From assembly GCA_035530075.1 (NCBI GenBank), contig DATKVM010000004.1, positions 2,132-66,131 of the forward strand: DNA of 64,000 bases. The letters run 5' to 3'. Position numbers and translations under genes: made by a program. This stretch comes from Patescibacteria group bacterium. GTDB taxonomy: Bacteria > Patescibacteriota > Microgenomatia > UM-FILTER-40-11. Positions 36,196-45,573 of this stretch are shown here, one piece after another (the stretch's first letter is position 1; each line of letters starts with the position of its first letter). A model generated the notes under the pieces. That model was not told where the DNA came from, ran no database searches, and saw only the letters and a list, made by a program, of their open reading frames with translations.

Positions 36196-37137
36196 TTAAA
36201 ATTCTCCTACTTTTACAATTTCTTCTTTTAAGTCAACGCCAAACTTTTCTTTAACCTTAGCCCTGGCTAAATCCATCAGAGCCACAACATCAGCCGCTTT
36301 TGCCTGGCCCACATTGACAATGAAATTAGCGTGCTTTTCGGAAATTTTTGCCCCGCCAATTTGGGCACCTTTAAGCCCGCATTGTTCAATCATCTCGCCC
36401 GCCGACTGCGGTTTGGGATTAACAAAGACGCTCCCGGCCGAAGGCTCTTTCGGCTGAGCGCTTCTTTTTTCCAAATTTTCTTGGATTTTTTTCTTAATTT
36501 CCTCTGGCTCCCCCCGCGACAGTTCAAACTCTGCCGTCAAAACGATTTCGCCACCGCCCCTCTTAAAACGGCTGGTTCGATAATCAAACTGACATTCGTC
36601 TTTCGTTAGCCAAGAAATCTTGCCATCTAGAAAAAGAACTTTAACTCTTAAAACTTTGTCGCCAATATTCTGTTGCCACGCTCCGCCGTTCCCCCTTATC
36701 GCTCCTCCAATCGTCCCGGGAATTCCTGCCATAAATTCCAATCCGGCGACGGAATTTTTAACTAGTTCGTTTAATAAAACACTTATCGGCACCCCTGCCT
36801 CCACCGTTACTAAATATTTTCCGTTCAAACTTTGAACTTTGAACTCTTGTCCTGAGCTTTGTCGAAGGATTGAATTTCGAATTTTTATTACGATTCCCCT
36901 AAACCCCTTATCTCCTACGAGCAAATTAGAGCCACCACCAAGAATTAAGTAGACCACTCCTGCCTCTCTGGCAACCTTGACTGCTTTAATTAAATCCTCC
37001 TCCGTTTCTGCCACCAAAAACAAATCCGCCAGTCCACCGATTTTAAAAGTCGTATGGCTAGCCAAAGGCTCACCCACCTTCACCTTGCCTTCTCCAAGCA
37101 AATCAATTATTTTTTGATATCTTTCTTCCATCTTCAC
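36196..37137 (-). CDS. murB: UDP-N-acetylenolpyruvoylglucosamine reductase
   Basis: An FAD-binding domain (FKIGGLADLFL, GGGSNLL) followed by a MurB C-terminal domain. It contains repeat element copy B in frame (ILRQSSGQEFKVQSL). Confidence 0.85.
   Translation of the reverse strand: MKMEERYQKIIDLLGEGKVKVGEPLASHTTFKIGGLADLFLVAETEEDLIKAVKVAREAGVVYLILGGGSNLLVGDKGFRGIVIKIRNSILRQSSGQEFKVQSLNGKYLVTVEAGVPISVLLNELVKNSVAGLEFMAGIPGTIGGAIRGNGGAWQQNIGDKVLRVKVLFLDGKISWLTKDECQFDYRTSRFKRGGGEIVLTAEFELSRGEPEEIKKKIQENLEKRSAQPKEPSAGSVFVNPKPQSAGEMIEQCGLKGAQIGGAKISEKHANFIVNVGQAKAADVVALMDLARAKVKEKFGVDLKEEIVKVGEF
36827..36886. repeat. Intragenic repeat element, copy B
   Basis: AAACTTTGAACTTTGAACT, then the 25-nt core, then TGAATTTCGAATTTTT, all inside the murB coding sequence. 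Confidence 0.75.
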
Positions 37138-37157
37138 CTATGTAACATATATATATG

Positions 37158-38606
37158 TTACACTTCTACCCCCTGGAACTTTTGAGTTATTTCCTCTATT
37201 AAGTTGCTAAATCTTAAACCTCCGGACGACATAAAGACAATTATGTCTCCTTCCTTGGTCTGGTGGGTCAGGTATCCAATTAGTTTTTCATCCACCGGTT
37301 CGTAAAAAACCTTCGGTTGGGTTTCGCCAATCGCTCCAACAATATCCGAACCGGTTACTCTTTGCTCTTTAGGTATTTCTTTCAAAAAACTTACCTTACT
37401 GACAATCACCTGGTCAGCGCTATCAAAGACAGTGGAATACCACTGCAAGCTCTCTCTGAACTTTAACGCGGTTGCGAATGGATTAAAAACACAAATAATC
37501 CTGCTTTCTGGGAAAAAATCTCGCAGTGCCAAAAGAGACCCTTTAACTTTTTCTTGGAATTGGGCAATATCTGAAAAAAGATATCTTCCCCCAAATTTTC
37601 CTAATAACTCTAACCTGCTTTTAACTCCCTTAAACGTCTTTAAGGCTTTCTTGATCGTCCCCGAATCAATTCCTAGTTCAAGCGACATGGCGACCGCACC
37701 ACAAATGTTCTGCAGGTTATGTTTCCCAATCAAAATCGTTTCCAGGTCAATTTCTTGGTTTTTAAATGAAATGGTGAATTTTGTTTTTCCGTTCTCAATC
37801 GAATAGTTTTTAACATAACAATCCGCATTGGTTGAATCAAAAGAATAACTAATCTTCCGACTGGGATATTGTTCCGCAACTTCAGGTCTGACATTTTCCA
37901 ATTCATAAACCAAAATTCCATCTTCGGGAAGTAGTTTAACAAGTTCAATAAAAGCCTTTAAATATTGCTCTTCAGATTTGTACACCTCAGGATGATCCCA
38001 AATGGTCGCGGTCAAGAGAAGATACTTCGGTTTGTAATACATAAATTTTGGCAAATCACAAGGACCAAGGGCCGGGCATTCATCACCCTCCGTTACTGAA
38101 TATCCAGAGTTAGTAATTTGGATTCCATCGGGAAAATTAATCGGGATATCTGAAATCATATATGAGGGATTCTTTCCAGCCACTTTTAAAATCCAGGTTA
38201 TAATAGCCGAAGTGGTTGTCTTACCAAAACTGCCCGCTACCACAACAGAGTTTTCTTTAATTAGGTACTTCTCAAAAGCTTCTGGGAATGACATTACTGG
38301 ACAAGAAAGCTTCTTTGCTTCCAAGTATTCGGGGTTATCAAGATCAATCATTCTCGCACTTCGGCCAATGATTACCAAATTAGCATCTTTGGGCACATTT
38401 CTAGCATCATAACCCTTAATATAGGGGATTTTATTCTCTCGGAGATAGGTGGAAATGGGAGGGTAAACGTTTTTCTGGTCCGATCCTGAAACTTCCCAAC
38501 CCATACCTTTAAAGGCCTTAGCCAAAGGGGCCATAGTTTTACCAGCGATCCCGATAAAATAGACTTTTCTCAAATAAGCTTTTTTCAAATAAGCTTTTTT
38601 TGCCAT
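37158..38606 (-). CDS. murC: UDP-N-acetylmuramate--L-alanine ligase (MurC/Mpl-type)
   Basis: The N-terminal VYFIGIAGKTMAPLAKAFKGMGWEVSGSD matches the MurC/Mpl Rossmann-like domain, followed by the Mur ligase central and C-terminal domains. The N-terminus carries a tandem duplication (KKAYLKKAYL) from a 12-bp DNA repeat. Confidence 0.65.
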   Translation of the reverse strand: MAKKAYLKKAYLRKVYFIGIAGKTMAPLAKAFKGMGWEVSGSDQKNVYPPISTYLRENKIPYIKGYDARNVPKDANLVIIGRSARMIDLDNPEYLEAKKLSCPVMSFPEAFEKYLIKENSVVVAGSFGKTTTSAIITWILKVAGKNPSYMISDIPINFPDGIQITNSGYSVTEGDECPALGPCDLPKFMYYKPKYLLLTATIWDHPEVYKSEEQYLKAFIELVKLLPEDGILVYELENVRPEVAEQYPSRKISYSFDSTNADCYVKNYSIENGKTKFTISFKNQEIDLETILIGKHNLQNICGAVAMSLELGIDSGTIKKALKTFKGVKSRLELLGKFGGRYLFSDIAQFQEKVKGSLLALRDFFPESRIICVFNPFATALKFRESLQWYSTVFDSADQVIVSKVSFLKEIPKEQRVTGSDIVGAIGETQPKVFYEPVDEKLIGYLTHQTKEGDIIVFMSSGGLRFSNLIEEITQKFQGVEV

Positions 38607-38613
38607 ATTCGGA

Positions 38614-39399
38614 CTAAAGATTTACTCGAATACCGTAATTGCTCAATAGCTCGTGTAAATCCCCTTCGTGAAAACTCTCAAGATAATCCTTATCTCTTAG
38701 GAGGTATTCTTCGCTTCCTCTCTTTAGAAGAGCCTTTAATTCGGCTAAATTCTTTGACCAACTAAAGCCATTAAAAAACTCAACTCCACTAAATTCGGTT
38801 TTATAAAGCGCTCCTTCATCATAACAAGTTCCTAAATAAACAAACTCACAACCTTTGTCTTTGGCCCAGGAAACCGCCTCTAGCATCATGCGTGCCCCCA
38901 AACTCCCGCTTAGATACTTCAAATCATAAAATGCGTGAGCGTATTGCAACAGTTGGTTGTTAGCAAAACAAACAGCATAGCCTACTGGTTTTTTGTCTTG
39001 GTCTTTAAAGACAAAAACTCGGTTGTAAACTTGGCCAGTAAAAACACTTCTGATGGCTGGTACCGGGAAAATATCTTTCCCCAACCTTTCTTCGGCATAA
39101 TCTCGACAAAGCTTCTGGACATCAGCGCGGTAATCAAACTCCGTTAAAGAGACCATTTTGGCCGTGAAGTTCTCAGTCTTTTTCAAAATTCGCCGATTTT
39201 CACTCGAAAGCTCAAATTGGCTTAAGTTCACCCTGAGACCGCGAGAAAGATAATAAACATTTGGCAAGCTCCTGATAGGCAAGAAACCATTCTCATAGAT
39301 TTTGTTCTCTTCATCCCCCTCCTCTTTTAAGAGCCAAACTTGATAAGGGAAATGATATTTATCATAATCAGCTTTAAATTCACTGAAAAACAGTTTCAT
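38614..39399 (-). CDS. ATE/Bpt-family (arginyl/leucyl-tRNA--protein transferase-like) protein with an ATE_C-like domain
   Basis: QYAHAFYDLKYLSGSLG...EFVYLGTCYDEGALYKTEFSGVEFFNGFSW matches the ATE_C consensus (SAVYxFYDP..SLG...YVYLGYWI....YK..F.P.E...GW). No ATE_N Cys motif is present. Confidence 0.55.
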   Translation of the reverse strand: MKLFFSEFKADYDKYHFPYQVWLLKEEGDEENKIYENGFLPIRSLPNVYYLSRGLRVNLSQFELSSENRRILKKTENFTAKMVSLTEFDYRADVQKLCRDYAEERLGKDIFPVPAIRSVFTGQVYNRVFVFKDQDKKPVGYAVCFANNQLLQYAHAFYDLKYLSGSLGARMMLEAVSWAKDKGCEFVYLGTCYDEGALYKTEFSGVEFFNGFSWSKNLAELKALLKRGSEEYLLRDKDYLESFHEGDLHELLSNYGIRVNL

Positions 39400-40025
39400 A
39401 TTATTCCTTTCTGGATGGCGGCACTAATTCCTTTTGCCATCCATCTTGCAATCTTTTGCTGATTTTGTGTGTTTTTAATCCACTGGGCATCTTTTGGATT
39501 ACTAAGATAAACCATCTCGACTAAAATAGTGGGGATACCATACTTATTTGCCTCCTTGGTTCCCAGCAACATTCCCAACTTAGGATCAATATTAGCTTTC
39601 GTTTCATCTACTATCCCTCCGTCCTTTAAATCCAGCTCCTTAACTATTGTCCCGTGCACTATTTTTGCTATTTCTAAACTTTTTTCGGATATACTTTCTG
39701 CCATTGGGGGAGGGAAAAAAGTCCTTATGCCACGAATAGTCGGATTCCCATCTTTCGTTTGGTCGCAGTGAATCCTAAAGATAAAATCTGCCTCATTGTC
39801 TTTAGCAATCTTCACCCTCTTAATATTATCTATGACTTCGTCGTTGTCTTCTCTTGTCATCACCACTTGATAACCTTCCTCTTCCAACTTCTGCTTTAGG
39901 AATTCAGCCACCCTCAGATTTATCTCAACCTCACGAATCTCATCTTTACTCACAGCTCCATAGTTAACCTTCCCATCATTAAAGTAGGATGGATGTCCAG
40001 GGTCAAGGCAAATTTTCTTATTCAT
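39396..40025 (-). CDS. N-acetylmuramoyl-L-alanine amidase (Amidase_3 family)
   Basis: LDPGH...N, the FIFRIHCD region and E residues are consistent with the zinc amidase CwlV/AmiC family. Confidence 0.7.
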   Translation of the reverse strand: MNKKICLDPGHPSYFNDGKVNYGAVSKDEIREVEINLRVAEFLKQKLEEEGYQVVMTREDNDEVIDNIKRVKIAKDNEADFIFRIHCDQTKDGNPTIRGIRTFFPPPMAESISEKSLEIAKIVHGTIVKELDLKDGGIVDETKANIDPKLGMLLGTKEANKYGIPTILVEMVYLSNPKDAQWIKNTQNQQKIARWMAKGISAAIQKGII

Positions 40026-41250
40026 TTTTAGGTTTCAGCTGTTGCAGGGCTTTCTTAATTGCTTCTTGATCTGACCAGGGATATTCCTTTTTACCGAAAC
40101 ACATTGATTTTTCGTGGCCTTTACCGCAAATAACGACAATGTCACCCTTCTTGGCATTTTTAATGGCAAATTCGATGGCTTCTTGTCGGTTAGAAATAAT
40201 CGTTGGCTCCACGCCAACACGGCGGCAGCCAACGGCAATTTGGTTACAAATATCAACCACTTTTTCCGTCCGTGGGTCCTCGGCTGTCAAAACCACTAAA
40301 TCCGCCAGTTTCCCGGCAATTTTCCCCATCATTGGCCGTTTCCCTCGATCACGCAAGCCGGCCGCCCCGAAAACCACAATCAAACGCTGGTCTTTTTTTA
40401 AGTCCTCTCTTAAGGTTTTAAGAACTTGTTCCAAAGCATTGGGCGTATGGGCAAAATCGACCATCACTCGAAAACTTTTAGCTCTCCCCCCACTTACAAT
40501 CTCCTCCATCCGGCCGACTATTCCCCGAAAAGAAGCGACAGCTTTCCCGACTACCTCTTTATTTAAACCAAGAGCAGAAGCGGCCGCAATTGCCGCCAAA
40601 ATATTATAACGATTATATTCGCCCCTCAATGGGGTTTCAAAAGGGAAGTTGCGGGGAGTGAAATCCGCTTCTTGACTAATCCCATAAGAAAGCAAACGGC
40701 CCCCTTTTCCGCTGACCAATGATTCTAAAAAAGAGAAAGAGCCGTCGTCCCGATTGAGCACGGCAATTCTCGCCCGAGCAAAAAGTTTTGCTTTAGTTTG
40801 AAGATAGTGGGCAAAAGTCTGATGATAGTCCAAATGTTCGTGGGTAACATTAGTCAAAACCCCAATTTCATAGTTAATTCCCAAAAACCGGAATTGGTCC
40901 AAACCGTGGGAAGTCACTTCCATCACGACATACTTTATTCCACTTTGAACCATTTTCCTTAACAGCCTTTGGAGCAACTGCGGATTAGGTGAAGTTACAT
41001 GGAAACCGGTGTCAATCTCTTTCTCGCCAATTTTAGCCGAAACCGTGGAAACCATCCCGACTGACAAACCGGCCTCCTTAAGAATGTGGTAAATGAGGCT
41101 AACGGTAGTCGTTTTACCATCAGTCCCGGTAACGCCGACAATTTTAAGCTGTCGAGAAGGAAAACGATAGCGTAAAAGAGCCCATAAGGCTAAGGGCAAG
41201 TGCTTCCCGTAATTAATCGCTGCCTGCGGAATTAACGCTCGAACTCCCAT
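40018..41250 (-). CDS. murE: UDP-MurNAc-L-Ala-D-Glu--diamino acid ligase (MurE-like), lacking the usual N-terminal domain
   Basis: VGVTGTDGKTTT, DFAHTPNAL and CGKGHE are present. The fourth-residue specificity motif reads EDPR rather than the DNPR of meso-DAP-type enzymes. Confidence 0.7.
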   Translation of the reverse strand: MGVRALIPQAAINYGKHLPLALWALLRYRFPSRQLKIVGVTGTDGKTTTVSLIYHILKEAGLSVGMVSTVSAKIGEKEIDTGFHVTSPNPQLLQRLLRKMVQSGIKYVVMEVTSHGLDQFRFLGINYEIGVLTNVTHEHLDYHQTFAHYLQTKAKLFARARIAVLNRDDGSFSFLESLVSGKGGRLLSYGISQEADFTPRNFPFETPLRGEYNRYNILAAIAAASALGLNKEVVGKAVASFRGIVGRMEEIVSGGRAKSFRVMVDFAHTPNALEQVLKTLREDLKKDQRLIVVFGAAGLRDRGKRPMMGKIAGKLADLVVLTAEDPRTEKVVDICNQIAVGCRRVGVEPTIISNRQEAIEFAIKNAKKGDIVVICGKGHEKSMCFGKKEYPWSDQEAIKKALQQLKPKNE

Positions 41251-41322
41251 CGTTTATCCTTGACTATTATATCACTCTATAAGCTTCCCCGAACCAAAAG
41301 CCGCCATTATAGCCCGTTTCCC

Positions 41323-42996
41323 CTAATAATCAGGGGCAATCCCCCAAAGCCGAAATATCTCCTTGGCGATTTCAAACCAAAGCGGGGCCGCTGTTTCCGA
41401 GCCCCAAGGAGAGGTTTTAGGCTCTCTTAGGCTCACCAGCATCGCAAATTTCGGATTGTTCACCGGAGCAAAGCCAATAAAAGAAGCAATGGTCTTTTCC
41501 GGGTCATAATGGCCAGCAATGGGAATTTGGGCTGTTCCGGTTTTGCCAGCAATCTGATAGCCTTTTGGTTGCGCCCACTTAGCCTCTCCCTTTTCCACCG
41601 CCTCTACCATCATCTGAGTGATTATCTTGGCCGTCGAAGCAGAAATCGAGTTTCCCCGTTTTATGGGCTCAATCGTTATTGTTCGACTATCTTCGAAGAT
41701 TTTTTTCACTACTTGCGGTTGATAAAGCTTACCACCGTTGGCAATCACCGATACCGCCTCAAGCATCTGAATTGGCGTCACCGCAATTCCTTGACCGAAT
41801 GTCGCCGCCGCTAAATCAAGATCATACCAATCCTTCTTTTCTCGCAAAGAAGGGACGACCTCCCCTTGTAAATCAATATTAGTCTTTTCTCCCAGACCAA
41901 ATTTCTTCAAATAATCATAAAAACGGTTAAGGCCCAATTTTTCGCCCACATAAACCATTCCCACATTGTCCGAATGAACAATAATCTCTTCCATCGAAGA
42001 ATCGGGGAAATATTTATCGTTCCAGGTCTTAATGGTGTAATCACCAATCCGCCGTGGCCCATCACAAGAGGGGCAAATATCATCCGCTTTCACCACCCGA
42101 GCATCAATCGCGGCGGCCATCACCAGCACTTTAAAAATTGATCCCGGCTCAAAGGCAGAAGAAATAAGAGGATTGCGGAACAAATCTGGTTCGAAACGGG
42201 AATACTGGCTGGGGTCATAAGAAGGATAAGCGGCCATTGCCAAGACGGCTCCGTTTTGAGGATCCATAACCGCCACCCAACCAGAAGAAGCGCCATATTT
42301 CTCAATTCCCTTTTTTAAATAACTCTCTACTATAAACTGCAATGGTCGATCTAAATTGAGAAACAAATTTCGCCCGGCAATCGAACGCTCCTCCCATTCC
42401 TCTGCTAGCGGTAGCGGTCGACCCAAAGCATCTTGCTCAAAAAGGCGCTGGCCGGCTTTCCCCTTTAATTCATTATCATAATAACCTTCTAGACCAAAGT
42501 AGCCTTTAGGCTGGCCTTTATCATCTTCGCCGACAAATCCCAAAAGCTGAGCTGACATTGAAGCTTCTGGATAAAATCTTTTTTCAGACTCTTCAAAACC
42601 CAAGCCGGTAATCTGCAAATTTTCAATCGCTTTCTTGGTTTCTTCATTAAGGTCCTTCAGGAGAGGAAACCAAGCCACATTAGGAGGAAAGTCTTTTATT
42701 TCCTCTCCTTCCTTAACGAAAGCTTTCAATTTACTTTTTAATCCTGCCGAAGACAGCTTAATTTGCTGCGGATTAACATACAGGAGAAAAGCTTTCCGAT
42801 TAAGAGCTAGGGGGAAGTCATCTTTGCTAAATATCTTGCCTCGTGCTGCCGTTACTTCTTGGCGAGCATAGTGCTGACGAGTGGCCAAAGCGCTCAAATT
42901 TTTTTTCTGAAGGACCTGCCAATAAAAAAGCTTACCTCCGACGAAGAAAAAAGCGATTAAGAAGAAAAGCGCAACTAGCTTTAGCCTCTGCTCCAT
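41323..42996 (-). CDS. ftsI: Class B penicillin-binding protein / FtsI transpeptidase
   Basis: An N-terminal TM and dimerisation domain are followed by the SxxK (SIFK), SxN (SDN) and KTGT motifs. Confidence 0.85.
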   Translation of the reverse strand: MEQRLKLVALFFLIAFFFVGGKLFYWQVLQKKNLSALATRQHYARQEVTAARGKIFSKDDFPLALNRKAFLLYVNPQQIKLSSAGLKSKLKAFVKEGEEIKDFPPNVAWFPLLKDLNEETKKAIENLQITGLGFEESEKRFYPEASMSAQLLGFVGEDDKGQPKGYFGLEGYYDNELKGKAGQRLFEQDALGRPLPLAEEWEERSIAGRNLFLNLDRPLQFIVESYLKKGIEKYGASSGWVAVMDPQNGAVLAMAAYPSYDPSQYSRFEPDLFRNPLISSAFEPGSIFKVLVMAAAIDARVVKADDICPSCDGPRRIGDYTIKTWNDKYFPDSSMEEIIVHSDNVGMVYVGEKLGLNRFYDYLKKFGLGEKTNIDLQGEVVPSLREKKDWYDLDLAAATFGQGIAVTPIQMLEAVSVIANGGKLYQPQVVKKIFEDSRTITIEPIKRGNSISASTAKIITQMMVEAVEKGEAKWAQPKGYQIAGKTGTAQIPIAGHYDPEKTIASFIGFAPVNNPKFAMLVSLREPKTSPWGSETAAPLWFEIAKEIFRLWGIAPDY

Positions 42997-42997
42997 G

Positions 42998-43258
42998 TTA
43001 ACGCCTTAAAGCAACTGAAAGGTCAACTTTGGGTTCCGCCTTAAGCGTCAGGGCATAACCAGCTTGGGTGGCTTTCTGAGCAATCGTCGCACAAGAAACT
43101 TGAGAAGCAACCAATAACTCCAGTTCTTGATTATCATTAACCAAACCATTAATCTTCCTCTCAAATTCTGAAACTGACCCACCATAAGTCACTGTCTTAC
43201 TGGTAAGGATTGTTTGGATAACAAAACAAATTAATAAGATAAGAAACAATTTTTTCAT
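42998..43258 (-). CDS. FtsL-like small bitopic membrane protein
   Basis: An 86-aa protein with one N-terminal TM. Its position between rsmH and ftsI is the conserved ftsL slot. Confidence 0.5.
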   Translation of the reverse strand: MKKLFLILLICFVIQTILTSKTVTYGGSVSEFERKINGLVNDNQELELLVASQVSCATIAQKATQAGYALTLKAEPKVDLSVALRR

Positions 43259-43263
43259 AAATT

Positions 43264-44217
43264 TTAATCCTCTAACTTTTCCGCGGCTCTTAATTTCGCG
43301 CTCCGCGCGCGTGGGTTTTGACGGACTTCACTCTCAGTCGGCTCAACCGGTTTTTCAGTTAAAATATTCAGCTTCCCAACCAATTCCATTTCTTGAAAAA
43401 ACCGCTTGATTATTCCATCTTCTAAAGAATGAAAAGACAGAACAACCAGCCTGCCTTTCGGTTCTAAAAGCGCTACTGCCTGCGGTAGCGCTTCTCTTAG
43501 ACTCTCTAGCTCATCGTTAACCGCAATTCGCAGCGCCTGAAAAACTCGCGTTGCCGGATGAGTCCAATCAAACTTTCCGCGAGGCGGGGCTACGCATAAG
43601 ATAATTTGAGCCAGTTCGTTGACCGTTTCAATTTTCTTTTTTTCTCGAGCTCGGCAAACTGCTCGGGCATAACGCCGCCGATATTTCTCCTCTCCAAACC
43701 GCCAAAATAGTTCCGCCAGTTCCTTTTCGCTCAAAGCGTTAACTAAGTCTTTGGCCGTCACCGCCAGCCGTGGATCCATTCTCATATCTAAGGGGCCTTC
43801 CAAATTAAAGGAAAACCCCCGGTAAGCCGCCTCCAGCTGATGACTGGAAACCCCCAAGTCAAAAAGAATCCCATTCACTCTCTCAAAGCCGTTTTCCCGG
43901 GCCAGTTTACCAATATCGGCAAAATTACCCCTCACTACCTTAGGGGGTGGAATTTTGCCCTGTACCATCTGGTGCAGGGCTGGGCAGGCCTTTTTTAATC
44001 TTTCACCGGCATACTCAATCGCTTCGGGGTCACGGTCAATCGCTAAAAGCTCTCCACCGCGTTTTAAAATCTCTAAACTGTGGCCTCCACCTCCCAAGGT
44101 AGCATCAATAAATTTTTTTCCCGGCTCAACTTTCAGGTAGTCGACTGTTTCTTTTAAAAGAGCAGGTGTGTGGTACTCACCCTTAACCAACATTTGTCTG
44201 TCCCAGTTTTTCGGCAA
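43264..44217 (-). CDS. rsmH: 16S rRNA (cytosine1402-N4)-methyltransferase RsmH/MraW
   Basis: The SAM-binding motif (DATLGGGGHS) and the conserved DLGVSS and FHSLED motifs are present. Confidence 0.9.
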   Translation of the reverse strand: MPKNWDRQMLVKGEYHTPALLKETVDYLKVEPGKKFIDATLGGGGHSLEILKRGGELLAIDRDPEAIEYAGERLKKACPALHQMVQGKIPPPKVVRGNFADIGKLARENGFERVNGILFDLGVSSHQLEAAYRGFSFNLEGPLDMRMDPRLAVTAKDLVNALSEKELAELFWRFGEEKYRRRYARAVCRAREKKKIETVNELAQIILCVAPPRGKFDWTHPATRVFQALRIAVNDELESLREALPQAVALLEPKGRLVVLSFHSLEDGIIKRFFQEMELVGKLNILTEKPVEPTESEVRQNPRARSAKLRAAEKLED

Positions 44218-44617
44218 TCTGACCGATGTTTTCGTGCAAATATTTCTGGTATTCTTCCCAAATTCCTTTATCCCAAACTTCTACATATTGATTCAAGCCC
44301 AGAAAAACCACTTCTTCATTCATCTTGGCGTACTCTCGCAAATAACCGGGAAGGACAAACCTCCCTTGTTCGTCCAGGCCAATTTCGCTCGCTTCCCCCA
44401 AAAGGAATCGATTCGTATCTCGGGCGGAACCAAAGATAAACGGTTTATTTTGAGTTACTCCCACTAATGATTGCCAATCTTTAGTTGAAACTACCATTAA
44501 AGAATTCTCGTAGCCAACTGTCACTACTAAGTTATCACCCAATTCTTCCCGAAACTTTTTAGGGAAAGCAATTCGGCCTTTCGGGCTAATTTTAGAACGA
44601 TATTGACCAATTAGCAT
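44183..44617 (-). CDS. mraZ: Transcriptional regulator MraZ
   Basis: The two-repeat MraZ fold has the characteristic DxxxR elements (DEQGRFVLP; GSARDTNRF). It is the first gene of the dcw cluster. Confidence 0.85.
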   Translation of the reverse strand: MLIGQYRSKISPKGRIAFPKKFREELGDNLVVTVGYENSLMVVSTKDWQSLVGVTQNKPFIFGSARDTNRFLLGEASEIGLDEQGRFVLPGYLREYAKMNEEVVFLGLNQYVEVWDKGIWEEYQKYLHENIGQIAEKLGQTNVG

Positions 44618-44757
44618 GTGCCACTTTTCACCACTTTACACCACTTTTTTCCATTATGAGGGGGAGAATAGAGCTTGTCAAGAGGTAAAAGACCAAAAAT
44701 ACCTTTAACCTCAATGAAGCGGAAAAATCAGATGAGCAAGAACCAAAAGGAGGCGGT

Positions 44758-45573
44758 TTACTGAGTGAGAATAAAGATAGAAGCGCTACTAGCAGCCGCC
44801 ACCGCTTCCCCGTTACTAACGGTGGTACTCAGCTTTTGCCAACTGCGACCATTATAAGCGTAAATTGTCGCTTCCGCCAAATCAGTTTTGAAAGTGACTT
44901 CCGCCTTACCCGCTATCGAAGGGAAAACTCCATAAGGGACACTTTTAGCCGTCACTTCGGCGGGCAAAGGGACAGGGACACCAATAGTGGAAGTAGTCAA
45001 ATAAAGAGTTTTGGCTGGCAAGCTGGCAGCGGTCAGCCGAAAGTTACCGTCACCGGTACTAAAACCATCGGTTTTGGCTTCCTCCCCGCGCTGCAGGCGG
45101 TAAGCGGTCTCATATTTCACTGTCTGCGCCCCAATAACTTTAATCATTAATGTCCCTTCGGTGACATTTTCATCGTATTTATATTTGCAAACCCCGGTCG
45201 TGCAGCTGGCGCTACCAAAAAGCATCTTTTTCGTATACTCAACGGCACCGTTCAGTTCAATCGGCTGGCCACCAGTGGTGACTCCTCTTTCAATTTTACT
45301 TTCTTCCACTTCCGCCAAGTAAATCAAGTCATATTCAATCCCGCTTGTCCCTTTGGGAAGATTTTTTACTTCGAGCGTTACCCAATGACCGTCGGTGGTT
45401 GGCAAAAGCGAAACAAACGGCCTTTCTTTAATTGATTCTTCAATCGGCCGAGCGGGAATTGGAGTTGGTTCAGCGGAAGTAGCGCCACCACGACCACTAA
45501 TTTTCTTTAAACTAAAGACCGCCAGCACTATAACTGCCACCAAAAGGACGGTAATAACCCCAATCTTCTTCAT
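44758..45573 (-). CDS. Hypothetical secreted/membrane-anchored beta-rich protein
   Basis: An N-terminal TM/signal sequence (IGVITVLLVAVIVLAVF) and no recognisable domain. Confidence 0.45.
   Translation of the reverse strand: MKKIGVITVLLVAVIVLAVFSLKKISGRGGATSAEPTPIPARPIEESIKERPFVSLLPTTDGHWVTLEVKNLPKGTSGIEYDLIYLAEVEESKIERGVTTGGQPIELNGAVEYTKKMLFGSASCTTGVCKYKYDENVTEGTLMIKVIGAQTVKYETAYRLQRGEEAKTDGFSTGDGNFRLTAASLPAKTLYLTTSTIGVPVPLPAEVTAKSVPYGVFPSIAGKAEVTFKTDLAEATIYAYNGRSWQKLSTTVSNGEAVAAASSASIFILTQ

Noticed and set aside
44618-44757. Possible MraZ operator repeats upstream of mraZ
   Set aside because: I looked for a series of TGGGN direct repeats, as known from E. coli and Bacillus, but I could not identify a convincing array by eye.
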